Shown piece by piece: positions 38,532 through 48,265 of a stretch of 64,000 bases of DNA. The position numbers and the translations under genes are program-made. The notes beneath the pieces are model-generated. The model was given only the letters and a program-made list of their open reading frames with translations, had not been told where the DNA came from and did not search any database. Origin of the DNA: an uncultured Chloroflexia bacterium (GTDB taxonomy: Bacteria > Chloroflexota > Anaerolineae > Promineifilales > Promineifilaceae); the NCBI GenBank assembly GCA_963753865.1, contig CAVWDW010000003.1, forward strand, positions 53,619 through 117,618, given 5' to 3'. Position 1 is the first letter of the stretch; every line of letters begins with the position of its first letter.

Positions 38532-40043
38532 ATGACTGGTTTACGCGCCCGCCTGGGCCGCTTACGATGGAAGCTCACCTGGAGCTACACCTGGGTAGCA
38601 GCCTTGTCGTTTTTGATTGTCGAAACGGTGCTGTTGGTATTGCTGATGGTGGCGCTTGGGTTCAATCCGCTGCAGCGGGACAATCAGTTCTACAATGATA
38701 TTGTCGCGCCGGTCCTCGTGGATGATATTCGGCCGACGACGATGTCCTATCTGCGCAACCAGCCGGTGAAATCAGCCGCTCTGCAAGCCGATCTAGAGGA
38801 GGTTTTGGGACTTGATCCGCTGACGACCGCCAGTTCTCCGTTCGAAATCGAGCAGTTTGCCTCTGTCTTCGTGCTGGATGCCCAACAGAATCTCCTGGCT
38901 TCGACACCCCAATTCACTGCACTGCCGGCGGACGGCCGTTTCTTTGACCCCACCCTCCTGACAGGCGACGACAGCCTCTTGCCGCTGGTCACGGCCGCCT
39001 ATGCCGGAGACACCAGCCTTGAGCAACCCTTCGTTAGGACCACACCGGACGCGCTCTATCTGGTCTTTGTCGAACCACTGTCGGATGAGAACGATCGCTT
39101 GCTGGGTGTTGAGCTCGCGATCCTCCGGACGCCGACACCCTTGGCGGTGCTGCTGCTGGTGGGGATCGTCGTGGTGGGCGGCCTGACGATCTTCTCTCTG
39201 GCGGCGGCACTAATCGGGACGTTGTTTGGCTGGAGCACGGCACGGAAGCTCAGCGGACGGCTGGCGCATCTCTCACAGATCACAGCCGCCTGGGGACAGG
39301 GTAACTTTGAGCGGCAGATTCAAGACAACGAAGAAGATGAAATTGGTGAACTGGGAGAGAATCTAAGCCGGGTGGCTGCCGATCTACAGACGCTGCTGGC
39401 TGACAAAGAGCAGATCGCCGTCCTGGAGGAACGAGACCGCATGGCGCGGGAGCTGCACGATACGCTGGCGCAAGGCGTGGCCGGGCTGGTGTTGCAGTTG
39501 GAGGCGGTCAAGTATCACCTGGACGAGGGCGAAGTTTCCGAGTCGCAGCTGATTATCGCTGAGGCAAGCACGCAGGCACGGGATGCGCTGCGCACTGCCC
39601 GCGAAGCAATTGACGACCTGCGCGCCGAAGCGTTGTTTGCCCCCGATTTCGTCGCGGCGGTTGACCAACAGGCTCAGACGTTCAGCGCCGCCAACAACAT
39701 CCCGGTTGAACTGGAGGCCCACCTGCCTGATTCGCTGCTGCTGCCATCCACGACGGCCCTTCATGCGCGGCGGGCCTTGTCCGAAATGTTGGCCAATGTG
39801 GCCCAACACGCACTAGCTTCCTCGGTCTCGGTGGGGCTGTGGTTGGAAGAAGACAGTCTGGTGATTGAGGTCGTGGATAACGGGGCAGGGTTTGATGTAG
39901 AAACGGCCGTTCGGCCCGGACATTACGGTATCATCGGCATGAAGGAGCGGGCGCGGCTTACCGGCGGGCAGTTATCCATCACCAGTTCGCCTGGAAGCGG
40001 CACAACGGCCCTTCTACGATTGCCATTGGAGAAAACAGGATGA
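38532..40043 (+). CDS. Sensor histidine kinase (HAMP + HisKA_3 + HATPase_c, NarX/LiaS-like)
   Basis: Two transmembrane segments, H-box RELHDTLAQG, and ATP-binding VVDNGAGF and GIIGMKERA. The start at 38532 is the first ATG before TM1. Confidence 0.8.
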   Translation: MTGLRARLGRLRWKLTWSYTWVAALSFLIVETVLLVLLMVALGFNPLQRDNQFYNDIVAPVLVDDIRPTTMSYLRNQPVKSAALQADLEEVLGLDPLTTASSPFEIEQFASVFVLDAQQNLLASTPQFTALPADGRFFDPTLLTGDDSLLPLVTAAYAGDTSLEQPFVRTTPDALYLVFVEPLSDENDRLLGVELAILRTPTPLAVLLLVGIVVVGGLTIFSLAAALIGTLFGWSTARKLSGRLAHLSQITAAWGQGNFERQIQDNEEDEIGELGENLSRVAADLQTLLADKEQIAVLEERDRMARELHDTLAQGVAGLVLQLEAVKYHLDEGEVSESQLIIAEASTQARDALRTAREAIDDLRAEALFAPDFVAAVDQQAQTFSAANNIPVELEAHLPDSLLLPSTTALHARRALSEMLANVAQHALASSVSVGLWLEEDSLVIEVVDNGAGFDVETAVRPGHYGIIGMKERARLTGGQLSITSSPGSGTTALLRLPLEKTG

Positions 40044-40720
40044 GTGATTCCATTCAAGAGGTCCAGGACACCCCCATTCGTGTCTTGATTACGGACGATC
40101 ATCTGATTGTGCGCCAGGGCTTGCGGCTCATCTTGAAGACGGCCGCTGATATCGAGTTGGTGGGTGAAGCGACCAATGGCGAGGAAGCGTTGCAGCTAAC
40201 GGCCGAGCAGCAGCCGCACGTCGTCCTCATGGATTTGCGGATGCCGGTCATGGATGGCCTAACCGCCATCGAGCAGCTGAGGGAGCTGCACCCACAAGTG
40301 GCCGTCATCATCCTTACCACATATAACGAAGATGAGATGATGCTGCGCGGCTTGCAGTTGGGGGCGCGGGGCTATTTGCTGAAGGACACCGATCGAGAGG
40401 CCCTGCTGAGTACGATTCGCGCGGCGGCCCATGGTGAATCCCTTTTTAATCCTGACGTTGTGCAGCGTGCGCTGTCGGTACAGGCAGCAGCATCGTCCCC
40501 CGGACAAACTCCCCCACCCCCGGATTCCATTCAGTTGACGCCACGCGAGCTGGAAGTGTTGCAAGCCGCCGCGACGGGAGAGCGCAACAAGGAGATCGCC
40601 CTGCGCCTGGACATCTCGCCCCGCACGGTGAAGGCCCATTTGACCAGCGTGTACAACAAGCTCGGCGTGGATTCGCGGGCAGCGGCCATTGCCATCGCCG
40701 CGAAGAACGGCTGGCTATAG
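40040..40720 (+). CDS. NarL/FixJ family response regulator (REC + LuxR-type HTH)
   Basis: VLITDDH, VVLMDLRMP and LTPRELEVLQ...NKEIALRLDISPRTVKAHLTSVYNKLGV. ATGA overlap with the kinase gene. Confidence 0.9.
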   Translation: MSDSIQEVQDTPIRVLITDDHLIVRQGLRLILKTAADIELVGEATNGEEALQLTAEQQPHVVLMDLRMPVMDGLTAIEQLRELHPQVAVIILTTYNEDEMMLRGLQLGARGYLLKDTDREALLSTIRAAAHGESLFNPDVVQRALSVQAAASSPGQTPPPPDSIQLTPRELEVLQAAATGERNKEIALRLDISPRTVKAHLTSVYNKLGVDSRAAAIAIAAKNGWL

Positions 40721-40900
40721 TATCTGGCCGTGTTACTTCAGGTGTTCCTGTAACGAGAACTGGCAGCGTGCGTCGCGCTGCATTCTGATCCTCTGCAAAG
40801 GCTGAACAGCCCGCAGGCCGGCACCCTTAACGAGTGCTACGCGAAGATAACATTCGTCAGAAGGCGATCCATCCAGGTGGTTTGTCCGGGTGAGGTCGTC

Positions 40901-41281
40901 TCACCGGCCGCCTGACAAGTCCGCGTTACCACCCTTCACCTCCACCGTCACCACCTCCAGCGGCCCGTCGCCCACCACTTCCAGGGCGTGGGGCGGCAGG
41001 GCGTCACCCCATTGCACCGCGCCCGGTTCCGGCGGCGCGGCCAGCGTGCGGGAGTCGAGCAGCAGTTCGCCGGCTGCGTCGGTGCGGCGGAAATGGCTCC
41101 AGCGGATGATCTGCTGCACCCCAGGCCAGCGGTGGGTGTGGACGGCCGTCTTCTCCCCGGCAGGGATCAGCGTCCGCAGCACGCGCACGTGTTCGTTCTC
41201 CAGCAGCAGGGTATGGTGGGCGGGCGCCGCGCTGAGCGCGTCCAGCTCGTCCGGCCAGGGCCAGGTGGGAATGGTCGTCAT
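40901..41281 (-). CDS. Small cupin-fold protein (127 aa)
   Basis: ATG at 41281 behind AAGGAGA. Cupin-like segment EKTAVHTHRWPG. The longer ORF-track start has no Shine-Dalgarno. Confidence 0.5.
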   Translation of the reverse strand: MTTIPTWPWPDELDALSAAPAHHTLLLENEHVRVLRTLIPAGEKTAVHTHRWPGVQQIIRWSHFRRTDAAGELLLDSRTLAAPPEPGAVQWGDALPPHALEVVGDGPLEVVTVEVKGGNADLSGGR

Positions 41282-41505
41282 TCTGTCTCCTTGCGGTGTG
41301 GTTTGCTGAGAGTCGAACCAGTATACCGGCCGGATGTGGGCGGGTCGACCGGATTGGAAGCGCTTTGGAAGCGCTTTTCCTGTATAGTGGACAGCATGAT
41401 GGGGTGCTGCGGCCATCGTGCCTTCGCAGCTGCCAGCCCTGCGCCACATTTCCACCTCAATCCATCGACAACAGGTTCGTACTTATCTCATTAAGGAGAC
41501 AAGAC

Positions 41506-42423
41506 ATGGCAATGGTAAGCGGAGTATCGGCCGGTTCTGACGGCACGGTTTGGTGCACGGACAGCGACGGCAACATGTACATGCGCAGCGGCAACGGCTG
41601 GCAGTGCAACGACAAGGGCAAGGCCAGCGAGATCGCCGTGGGCGGCCGCACAAGCGTCTGGTGTCGCAATGACGACGGCCACGTATTCAAGTTGAAGGGC
41701 ACTTCAGCCGGCGACGACTGGGAGAAGGACTCCGTCGCCAGCCAGGTGACATCGATCTCGGTCGGAGCAGACGGCACCGTGTGGGTCACCAACCGGCAGG
41801 GCCAGGCGGTCAAGCTGGAGAGCGGCACGTGGAAGGCCAACCCGTCTTCGAAGGACGCCGTCGAGGTGGCGGTTGGGGATGCGGGCCACGTCTGGTATCG
41901 CAACAAGGCAGGCGACATTCTCAAGCTTCAGGGGTCCGGCTACAACAGCCCCTGGTCGAAGGACACTGTCGCCAAGCACGTCGAGTCGATCACCGTGGGT
42001 AATGACGGCAGCGTCTGGGTGACCAACACCGACGGCCAGCTGGTGACGAAAGTCGACCGGGAATGGAAGACCAACGACAAAGGCAGCGGGGCCACGCAGG
42101 TCTCGGCCGGCAAGAAGAGCAATGTCTGGTGTGTCAACGGCCAGGGGGAGATGTTCCACGCCGAAGCCAACGATTGGCGCACCCACTGGACGGCCGTTCC
42201 AGCACCGTCGGGCATGGCGAAGTCGACGATGTACACGATCAAGGACGGCGACCAGCTGCTGACGGTGCTGCGCGACAAGTACGCGGGCATCAGCGCGGCC
42301 GATCTGGCCGAGAAGGCGGGCCGCGTGGCCCGGATGAACGGTTGGACGGGCACGCTGGATAACAACTACGACAGCGCGGCCACCAGCCTGAAGGCCGGGG
42401 ACAAGATCGTCATCGCTGCCTAG
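41506..42423 (+). CDS. Six-repeat tectonin-type beta-propeller (lectin-like) protein with a C-terminal LysM-like domain
   Basis: Six ~38-aa repeats of pattern (I/V)(S/A)(V/A)G.(D)G.VW..(N)..G..(F/V)K(L). C-terminal YTIKDGDQLLTVL...LKAGDKIVI. AAGGAG 7 nt upstream of the ATG. No signal peptide. Confidence 0.7.
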   Translation: MAMVSGVSAGSDGTVWCTDSDGNMYMRSGNGWQCNDKGKASEIAVGGRTSVWCRNDDGHVFKLKGTSAGDDWEKDSVASQVTSISVGADGTVWVTNRQGQAVKLESGTWKANPSSKDAVEVAVGDAGHVWYRNKAGDILKLQGSGYNSPWSKDTVAKHVESITVGNDGSVWVTNTDGQLVTKVDREWKTNDKGSGATQVSAGKKSNVWCVNGQGEMFHAEANDWRTHWTAVPAPSGMAKSTMYTIKDGDQLLTVLRDKYAGISAADLAEKAGRVARMNGWTGTLDNNYDSAATSLKAGDKIVIAA

Positions 42424-42541
42424 CGGGGCCGGCAGCGTGTGGGTTGCCTGCCTGTGTAGAACAGGTTGGCAACCTGTTCTGCGAGGGAGTGGACAACGGG
42501 TGGATATCCGGGGAGAATAGCGCCATCTTTCAGTATCAGGA

Positions 42542-42928
42542 ATGCGCCCTATGACCGCCCCACCCGACAGCATCGACGCCTACATCGCCCCCTTCCCGAC
42601 CGCGATCCAGACGCGCCTGCAAGCGCTGCGCGGGACGATCCGCGAGGCCGCGCCGGGGGCGACCGAGACGATCAACTACACTATGCCCACTTTCAAGCTG
42701 CACGGCAAGAATCTGGTCCACTTCGGCGGCTATGACAAACATATCGGCTTCTACCCCGCCCCGTCGGCGATGACTGCCTTCGAAGAGCGGCTCACCGCCT
42801 ATAAGCGGGCCAAGGGGTCGGTGCAGTTCCCCCACGACCAGCCCTTGCCGCTGGAGCTGGTGCGGGAGATGGTGTTGTTTCGCGTGGCGGAGGACGAAGC
42901 GAAAGCGGCCGCCGCGAAGAAGCGGTAG
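42542..42928 (+). CDS. DUF1801 (YdhG-like) domain protein
   Basis: IDAYIAPFP...LRGTIREAAPGATETINYTMPTFKLHGKNLVHFGGYDKHIGFYP is typical of this family. Confidence 0.7.
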   Translation: MRPMTAPPDSIDAYIAPFPTAIQTRLQALRGTIREAAPGATETINYTMPTFKLHGKNLVHFGGYDKHIGFYPAPSAMTAFEERLTAYKRAKGSVQFPHDQPLPLELVREMVLFRVAEDEAKAAAAKKR

Positions 42929-43064
42929 CCGGTGGACAGTCTGATCATGCCCGACCCAGTACGACGATTTGCCAAATCGTCTCCTCCCTCGCACCCTACA
43001 AATCGGGCCACAGGTGCGCATCAACCACCAGCGGCAGGCCGCAGCAGACCGCGCCGGAGGGACG

Positions 43065-43196
43065 ATGTTTGAGTGTTTTACGTTGGCCTTCATCGCCCTG
43101 ACGGTGGGGCTGCTGCTGACGCGTTGGCAGCAATCGGACGAGAAGAAGCGGCAGGCCCGAGGCGAGGAAACCCGCCGGGGCGACAATAGCTGGTAG
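43065..43196 (+). CDS. Possible 43-aa single-pass membrane peptide
   Basis: ATG 4 nt after GGAGG. MFECFTLAFIALTVGLLLT hydrophobic helix, then a highly charged tail. Unsupported otherwise. Confidence 0.3.
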   Translation: MFECFTLAFIALTVGLLLTRWQQSDEKKRQARGEETRRGDNSW

Positions 43197-43224
43197 CCCA
43201 CCGGCCCGACCAAGGAGACAAACC

Positions 43225-43695
43225 ATGAACACCATTCTAGAGAACGAATACCCCGGCAACCATGACCTGCGCGACCAGATGCTCGACATCCTGAGCGACG
43301 CCGATCTGGCCTACCAGCTGCCCGGCAACAACCTGACGCTGGGCGCGTTGATCGAAGAGATGGGCCGCACGCAGCAGATTTACACCAACTCCTTCGCGAC
43401 GGGGGAAATGGATTGGCTGCTGGAGGCCCGCCCGCCGGCAGCGAGCGGCAGCGTGGCCACCTTGAAGGTGTGGTTCGAGGAACTGGACGCGGAGATGGTC
43501 GCCGCGTTGGAGGCGCTCTCGGAGGACGACATCCAGACCAAACAGATCGACCGGGGCCACGGCTTCACCCCCACCCCGCTGGACCAGTTCCAGATCTACC
43601 GCGAGGCGCTGCTCATTTTCTGCGCCAAGGCCAGCATCAGCCTGCGGGCGCTGGAGAAGCCGCTTCCCCCGCAGTGGCGGAGCTGGATCGGGTAG
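43225..43695 (+). CDS. DinB-fold family protein (tentative)
   Basis: About 155 aa and predicted helical, resembling the DinB_2 family. AAGGAGA Shine-Dalgarno. The family call is weak. Confidence 0.45.
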   Translation: MNTILENEYPGNHDLRDQMLDILSDADLAYQLPGNNLTLGALIEEMGRTQQIYTNSFATGEMDWLLEARPPAASGSVATLKVWFEELDAEMVAALEALSEDDIQTKQIDRGHGFTPTPLDQFQIYREALLIFCAKASISLRALEKPLPPQWRSWIG

Positions 43696-43989
43696 CGGCG
43701 GTCTGGGCGCGGATCGTATTTCTCAAACATGTCAAAATCCTCGGAGCGATCGGCTGCTGGCATCATGCCGCTGCTGATGGATGGCCTGCGGCAGTCGATG
43801 CAAACACCTGCCGGCTAGCTCGTCTCGATTGGCGAGAGCTTCGATGGCCAACTCCATAACCGGCACACGGCTGCGCAGATCCAGCAGCACGGACTGGCTG
43901 GTAATGGAACTGACATCCGACCCTTTCTAGCAGGCACCTGAACTGCTCACCATCTTCCTTGACTGACCCACAGCCATTCGATATAGTCA

Positions 43990-45117
43990 TTGATGAATGA
44001 GTATTCATTCAAACGAATATTTATTCAGGTTGACGCATCAGTGCGACGCGGAAAGCTGCTGCATCCTCGGAAAGACGAGAAACCATACATCGTAGGAGCC
44101 TCAGTGAACAACTCGCATTCAGACTTGAGTGAGACAGAGAACCGAGCGGCCGAACCAGATCCACCAACAGGCAACCCTCCTCCCCGTGGTCGATGGTACC
44201 GATCACAGGGCTGTAGGCCAGGTCTTCTTGCCCTGATCGCGTTGGTCGCGCTGGGGGCAATAGCGATAAGCCAGACCCGGCTAAGCTGGCAGTTGGGCGA
44301 GATGAGCGCCTTGATGTCACTTGGCGGTGCGGCGCAGGCTGCGACTGAACACCCATTCGAAGGAACGGTCGAGCGACTTGATTTTGGGGCGGATCCGCAG
44401 CAGGATGCGCTCGTTTATCTACCGCCGGCGACGGCTCCCAAGCGAACTTCAGCCATCTATTTCATACACGGTGGCGGTTGGGATCGGGGCAACCCGGAGA
44501 CTTACAGTTTCGTCGGCCGCTTTCTGGCCGAGCGTGGGTATCCGACCATTCTTGGCGGGTATCGTCTGACACCCGACCATCGCTTCCCAAGTCAACTGGA
44601 TGACACGACAGATGGTCTGCGCACAGGCCTCGACTTCCTGGAGGATCAAGGACTGCCCGTTGAGCGACTCATACTTGGTGGCCACTCTGCTGGCGCGCAG
44701 CTCGCCGCATTGATGGCGTACGACACAAGCATCACAGAAGTAGACCGCGACTTGTTCGGTGGCCTATTTACGCTGAGCGGCCCCCTGGACTTCTCGCTCA
44801 ACCAGCGCGGGCAGATCGCCGGAATGCTTGATGCTTACGTCAGCCATCTTGCCGATCCAAGCGCAGCCAATCCTGTCTACCACGCCGACTCAGACCAACC
44901 GCTTTCAGTCATCGTGATTCACGGTGACCAGGACCCGGTCGTAGATAGCAACAACGCGCACGCCTTTGTCGACAAGCTCAACCAGGGACCAGTCGAACGA
45001 GCCCAGCTGCACATGTTGCCTGGAAGGTTCCACACAGACCTATTGGAACTCTTCCTGACGCCGTCGACCGAGAGTCAAATCTTGACTGATTGGCTGGCCG
45101 CCGTCGACCAGCAGTAG
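43990..45117 (+). CDS. Alpha/beta hydrolase (esterase/arylformamidase-like) with an N-terminal membrane anchor
   Basis: Oxyanion HGGGW and nucleophile elbow GGHSAGA. Transmembrane segment LLALIALVALGAIAI. The start is uncertain. Confidence 0.75.
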   Translation: MMNEYSFKRIFIQVDASVRRGKLLHPRKDEKPYIVGASVNNSHSDLSETENRAAEPDPPTGNPPPRGRWYRSQGCRPGLLALIALVALGAIAISQTRLSWQLGEMSALMSLGGAAQAATEHPFEGTVERLDFGADPQQDALVYLPPATAPKRTSAIYFIHGGGWDRGNPETYSFVGRFLAERGYPTILGGYRLTPDHRFPSQLDDTTDGLRTGLDFLEDQGLPVERLILGGHSAGAQLAALMAYDTSITEVDRDLFGGLFTLSGPLDFSLNQRGQIAGMLDAYVSHLADPSAANPVYHADSDQPLSVIVIHGDQDPVVDSNNAHAFVDKLNQGPVERAQLHMLPGRFHTDLLELFLTPSTESQILTDWLAAVDQQ

Positions 45118-45155
45118 TTACCTGTGAATGAGCATAGCCTAACGGAACATCACCC

Positions 45156-45788
45156 ATGACCACCGACCCCATCCAGCAGCTCCGCATCACCGCCCGCGAG
45201 AACCAGATCCTCGATGCGGCCGTCGCCGTCTTTGCCGAGAACGGCTTCCACGCCACCACCATCCACGCGGTCGCCCAGCGTGCGGGGGTGGCGGACGGGA
45301 CGATCTACACCTACTTCGACAGCAAGACCGACCTGCTGATGGGCATCTTCGAGCGGCTGCGGGCGGCCGTTCTGAACGACGCGCCCCCCGCCCTGCCCGG
45401 CGCACTTGACCTGCGTGACGCGCTGGCGCTGGCGCTGGGCCAGGCGCTCACCGCGCTGCAAGCGGACGAGTTCGCCCTCTTTCGCGTCGTCATGTCGGAG
45501 ATGATGGTCAACGCCGAGCTGCGCCGTCGCTACATCGACACCATCCTGGCCCCGACGCTGCAAACGGCCGACGCGCTGGTGGCGGCGGAGGCGGAACGGC
45601 GGGGCATCGACCTTGATCCGGCACAGGCCCGGCTGGCTGTCCGCACCGTTTCCGCCACGGTGACGGGGCTGATGTTGGCCTACGTGATGGGCGACGACAC
45701 GATACGGGCCGAGTGGGAGCGCCTGCCCGATTATCTGGCCGGCCACATTGTCACTCTTATCGACACAGCGGAAAGGAACCGTCCATGA
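45156..45788 (+). CDS. TetR/AcrR family transcriptional regulator
   Basis: HTH segment ILDAAVAVFAENGFHATTIHAVAQRAGVADGTIYTYFDSK. Confidence 0.9.
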   Translation: MTTDPIQQLRITARENQILDAAVAVFAENGFHATTIHAVAQRAGVADGTIYTYFDSKTDLLMGIFERLRAAVLNDAPPALPGALDLRDALALALGQALTALQADEFALFRVVMSEMMVNAELRRRYIDTILAPTLQTADALVAAEAERRGIDLDPAQARLAVRTVSATVTGLMLAYVMGDDTIRAEWERLPDYLAGHIVTLIDTAERNRP

Positions 45789-47047
45789 CCCAAATTACCC
45801 TGGTTGCTTCCGGCTCGCGCGGCGACGTGCAGCCGTATATTGCCCTCGGACGCGGCCTGCTGTTGGCGGGCTATGACGTTCGCCTGCTGGCCACCGACGA
45901 CTTTGCGGAGCTGGCGGCCGAAGCGGGGCTGGCGTTCGCCTCCACCGGGCCAAGCCTGGAAGCGCTGATCCAGAGCGACGAGTGGCGCGAGCAGATCGAA
46001 GGCGGCAATCCGCTGTCGATGATGGGCAAGATGCGGTCGGAGCTGGAGAAAGCCGCCGGACCGCAGGTCGACCGGCTGCTGGAGCTGCTGCCGGGCAGCG
46101 ACCTGATCGTCACCGGCATGGCGGGCATGTCCCTCACCCCCGCCACCAGCCATTTCGATATCCCCGTCATCCACGCCTACGTGGTGCCGTTCACCCCCAC
46201 CACCGCTTTTCCCAGCCCGCTCGCGCCCGGACTGCCCGACATCGGGCCGCTGAACAAGCTCTCCTTTGACCTGACGCGCCAAATGTTCTGGCAAAGCTCC
46301 AAAGCGCCCGACGCCGTCTTCCGCGAGAGGCTGGGCCTGCCGAAGGGGCGCTTCTTTGGGCCGTTTCGGCAGATCGACCGGGGCACGGAGCCGGTGCTAT
46401 ACGGCTTCAGCCCCCACGTTCTCCCCCGCCCGGACGACTGGGACGAGCGGTATCACATTACCGGCTACTGGTTCCTGGACGAACCCGACGACTGGAAGCC
46501 GCCGGCCGATCTGCTGGCGTTCCTTGACGCAGGCGACCCGCCCGTATACATCGGCTTCGGCAGCATGGGCAGCCGCGACCCGGAGGAGACCGGGCGTCTC
46601 GCGCTGGAGGCGTTGGCGCTATCGGGACAGCGCGGGGTGCTGGCGGCGGGCTGGGGCGGCCTGCGGGCGGATGTCCTGCCCGACAGCGTCCATCTCGTCG
46701 GTTCGCTGCCCCACGCCTGGTTGTTCCCGCGCATGGCGGCCGTCGTCCACCACGGCGGCGTGGGCACAACGGCTGCCGGGCTGCGCTCCGGCGTGCCCTC
46801 CATCGTAACGCCCTTCATGGCCGACCAGCTCTTCTGGGGACGGCGCGTGGCGACGCTGGGCGTCGGCCCGGAGCCGATCCCGCGCAAGGAGTTGACGGCC
46901 GAGCGGTTGGCGGCGGCGATTATGCAGGCGGTGGGTGACGAGACGATGCGCCGGAAAGCGGCCGCTCTGGGGGCGCAGATTCGGGGTGAGGATGGCGTGG
47001 GGATGGCGGTGGCGATCATCGAATCCTACCTGAACCGGGTAGAATGA
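45785..47047 (+). CDS. GT1 family UDP-glycosyltransferase (MGT / sterol-macrolide glycosyltransferase-like)
   Basis: ITLVASGSRGDVQPYIALG N-terminus and UDPGT signature HHGGVGTTAAGLRSGVPSIVTPFMADQLFWG. ATGA overlap with the TetR stop. Confidence 0.85.
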   Translation: MTQITLVASGSRGDVQPYIALGRGLLLAGYDVRLLATDDFAELAAEAGLAFASTGPSLEALIQSDEWREQIEGGNPLSMMGKMRSELEKAAGPQVDRLLELLPGSDLIVTGMAGMSLTPATSHFDIPVIHAYVVPFTPTTAFPSPLAPGLPDIGPLNKLSFDLTRQMFWQSSKAPDAVFRERLGLPKGRFFGPFRQIDRGTEPVLYGFSPHVLPRPDDWDERYHITGYWFLDEPDDWKPPADLLAFLDAGDPPVYIGFGSMGSRDPEETGRLALEALALSGQRGVLAAGWGGLRADVLPDSVHLVGSLPHAWLFPRMAAVVHHGGVGTTAAGLRSGVPSIVTPFMADQLFWGRRVATLGVGPEPIPRKELTAERLAAAIMQAVGDETMRRKAAALGAQIRGEDGVGMAVAIIESYLNRVE

Positions 47048-47143
47048 GAACTCGTGTGCTCATTGTCGTCAGGAAATACCGAGTCAGGCTTCTAGACCGC
47101 TAGCTGCGTATGCGAATGGTGGCGAGACTTAAGGAGATCACTT

Positions 47144-48265
47144 TTGTATCTGGATCGTCAGCTTGTACAGTCACTGTTCCCCTCTATGGGGCAAGTCGTC
47201 TACTTCAACACAGCCACCATGGCCCTCGGCGCAGCACGTGTGCGCGAGGCGTACGAGCGAGCGCTCGCCGACTGGGTCAGCGGGCGGTTTGATTATACTG
47301 CTGCGGAGCAGGCGGGTGAAACGTGCCGCCGCATTTTCGCCGAATTGGTCGGCGCCACACCCGAAGAGGTCGCGCTCATTCCCGCAGTGAGCAGCTCCGC
47401 CGGTGTAGTGGCTGCGCAGTTAGGACCAGCCCGGACAGGCGATAACATCGTAGTGGCCGCTGAAGAGTTCACCTCCAACTACTATCCCTGGCTGCTCCTG
47501 CGAGATAGGGGTTATGAGGTCCACACGGTTTCGTTAAGCGACCAACAACCGTCAGTCGATGAGTACGCAGCCGCCGTCAACTCGCAGACTCGCCTTCTGG
47601 CGGTATCTGCGGTGAAGTCCTCCACCGGGGTAGCAGCGGACCTCTCGGCGCTGGCCGACATCGTGCATCGAGGCGATGGGTGGTTATTCGTTGACGCGTG
47701 CCAGGCTGCTGGAGCTGTCCCCCTGAATGTGCGTGAGGCGAATGTAGACTTTCTCGCTACCTCCAGCCACAAGTTTCTATGCGGTACCCGTGGCATGGGT
47801 TATCTATTTGTCCGCTCGGAACTGGTTCCAGCCATGCGCCCCGTTACACCCGGTTGGAAGGCGGCCCACGACCCGATGCGTAGTTTCTATGGCCCGGTGA
47901 TGGACCTCTCCTCCACAGCATCGAAGTTGGACACGTCGCTGGCGTGGTTTGCAGCCCTGGGCGAGCAGGCGGCCCTGACAATTTTCGAGGAGTTAGGGGC
48001 ACAGCAAATCTTCGAACATAATCAAGACCTCGTGCGGCGGTTCTATGAACGCATGGCGGGTGAGAATCTGTCCCCACAAGACAGCGGTGGGGCAGTAGAC
48101 TCAACAATCATCTCGATTCCGGTTAAAGACCCGGAAGAAGTAATGAGGCGCTTTGCTGCGGAGCGGATCATGGCCTCGGTTCGGGCTGGTCGGGTGCGCA
48201 TCTCGCTGCACTTCTACAATAGCCCGGAGCAAGTAGATCTCGTGACCAGTATTTTATGTGGCTGA
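47144..48265 (+). CDS. Class V aminotransferase / cysteine desulfurase-like PLP enzyme
   Basis: PLP-lysine motif SSHKFLCG. TTG start 8 nt after AAGGAG. Confidence 0.75.
   Translation: MYLDRQLVQSLFPSMGQVVYFNTATMALGAARVREAYERALADWVSGRFDYTAAEQAGETCRRIFAELVGATPEEVALIPAVSSSAGVVAAQLGPARTGDNIVVAAEEFTSNYYPWLLLRDRGYEVHTVSLSDQQPSVDEYAAAVNSQTRLLAVSAVKSSTGVAADLSALADIVHRGDGWLFVDACQAAGAVPLNVREANVDFLATSSHKFLCGTRGMGYLFVRSELVPAMRPVTPGWKAAHDPMRSFYGPVMDLSSTASKLDTSLAWFAALGEQAALTIFEELGAQQIFEHNQDLVRRFYERMAGENLSPQDSGGAVDSTIISIPVKDPEEVMRRFAAERIMASVRAGRVRISLHFYNSPEQVDLVTSILCG

Noticed and set aside
41704-42573. 289-aa minus-strand ORF antisense to the tectonin-LysM gene
   Set aside because: The plus-strand frame shows six regular repeats and a strong Shine-Dalgarno sequence. 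The antisense frame is Arg/Gly/Pro-rich.
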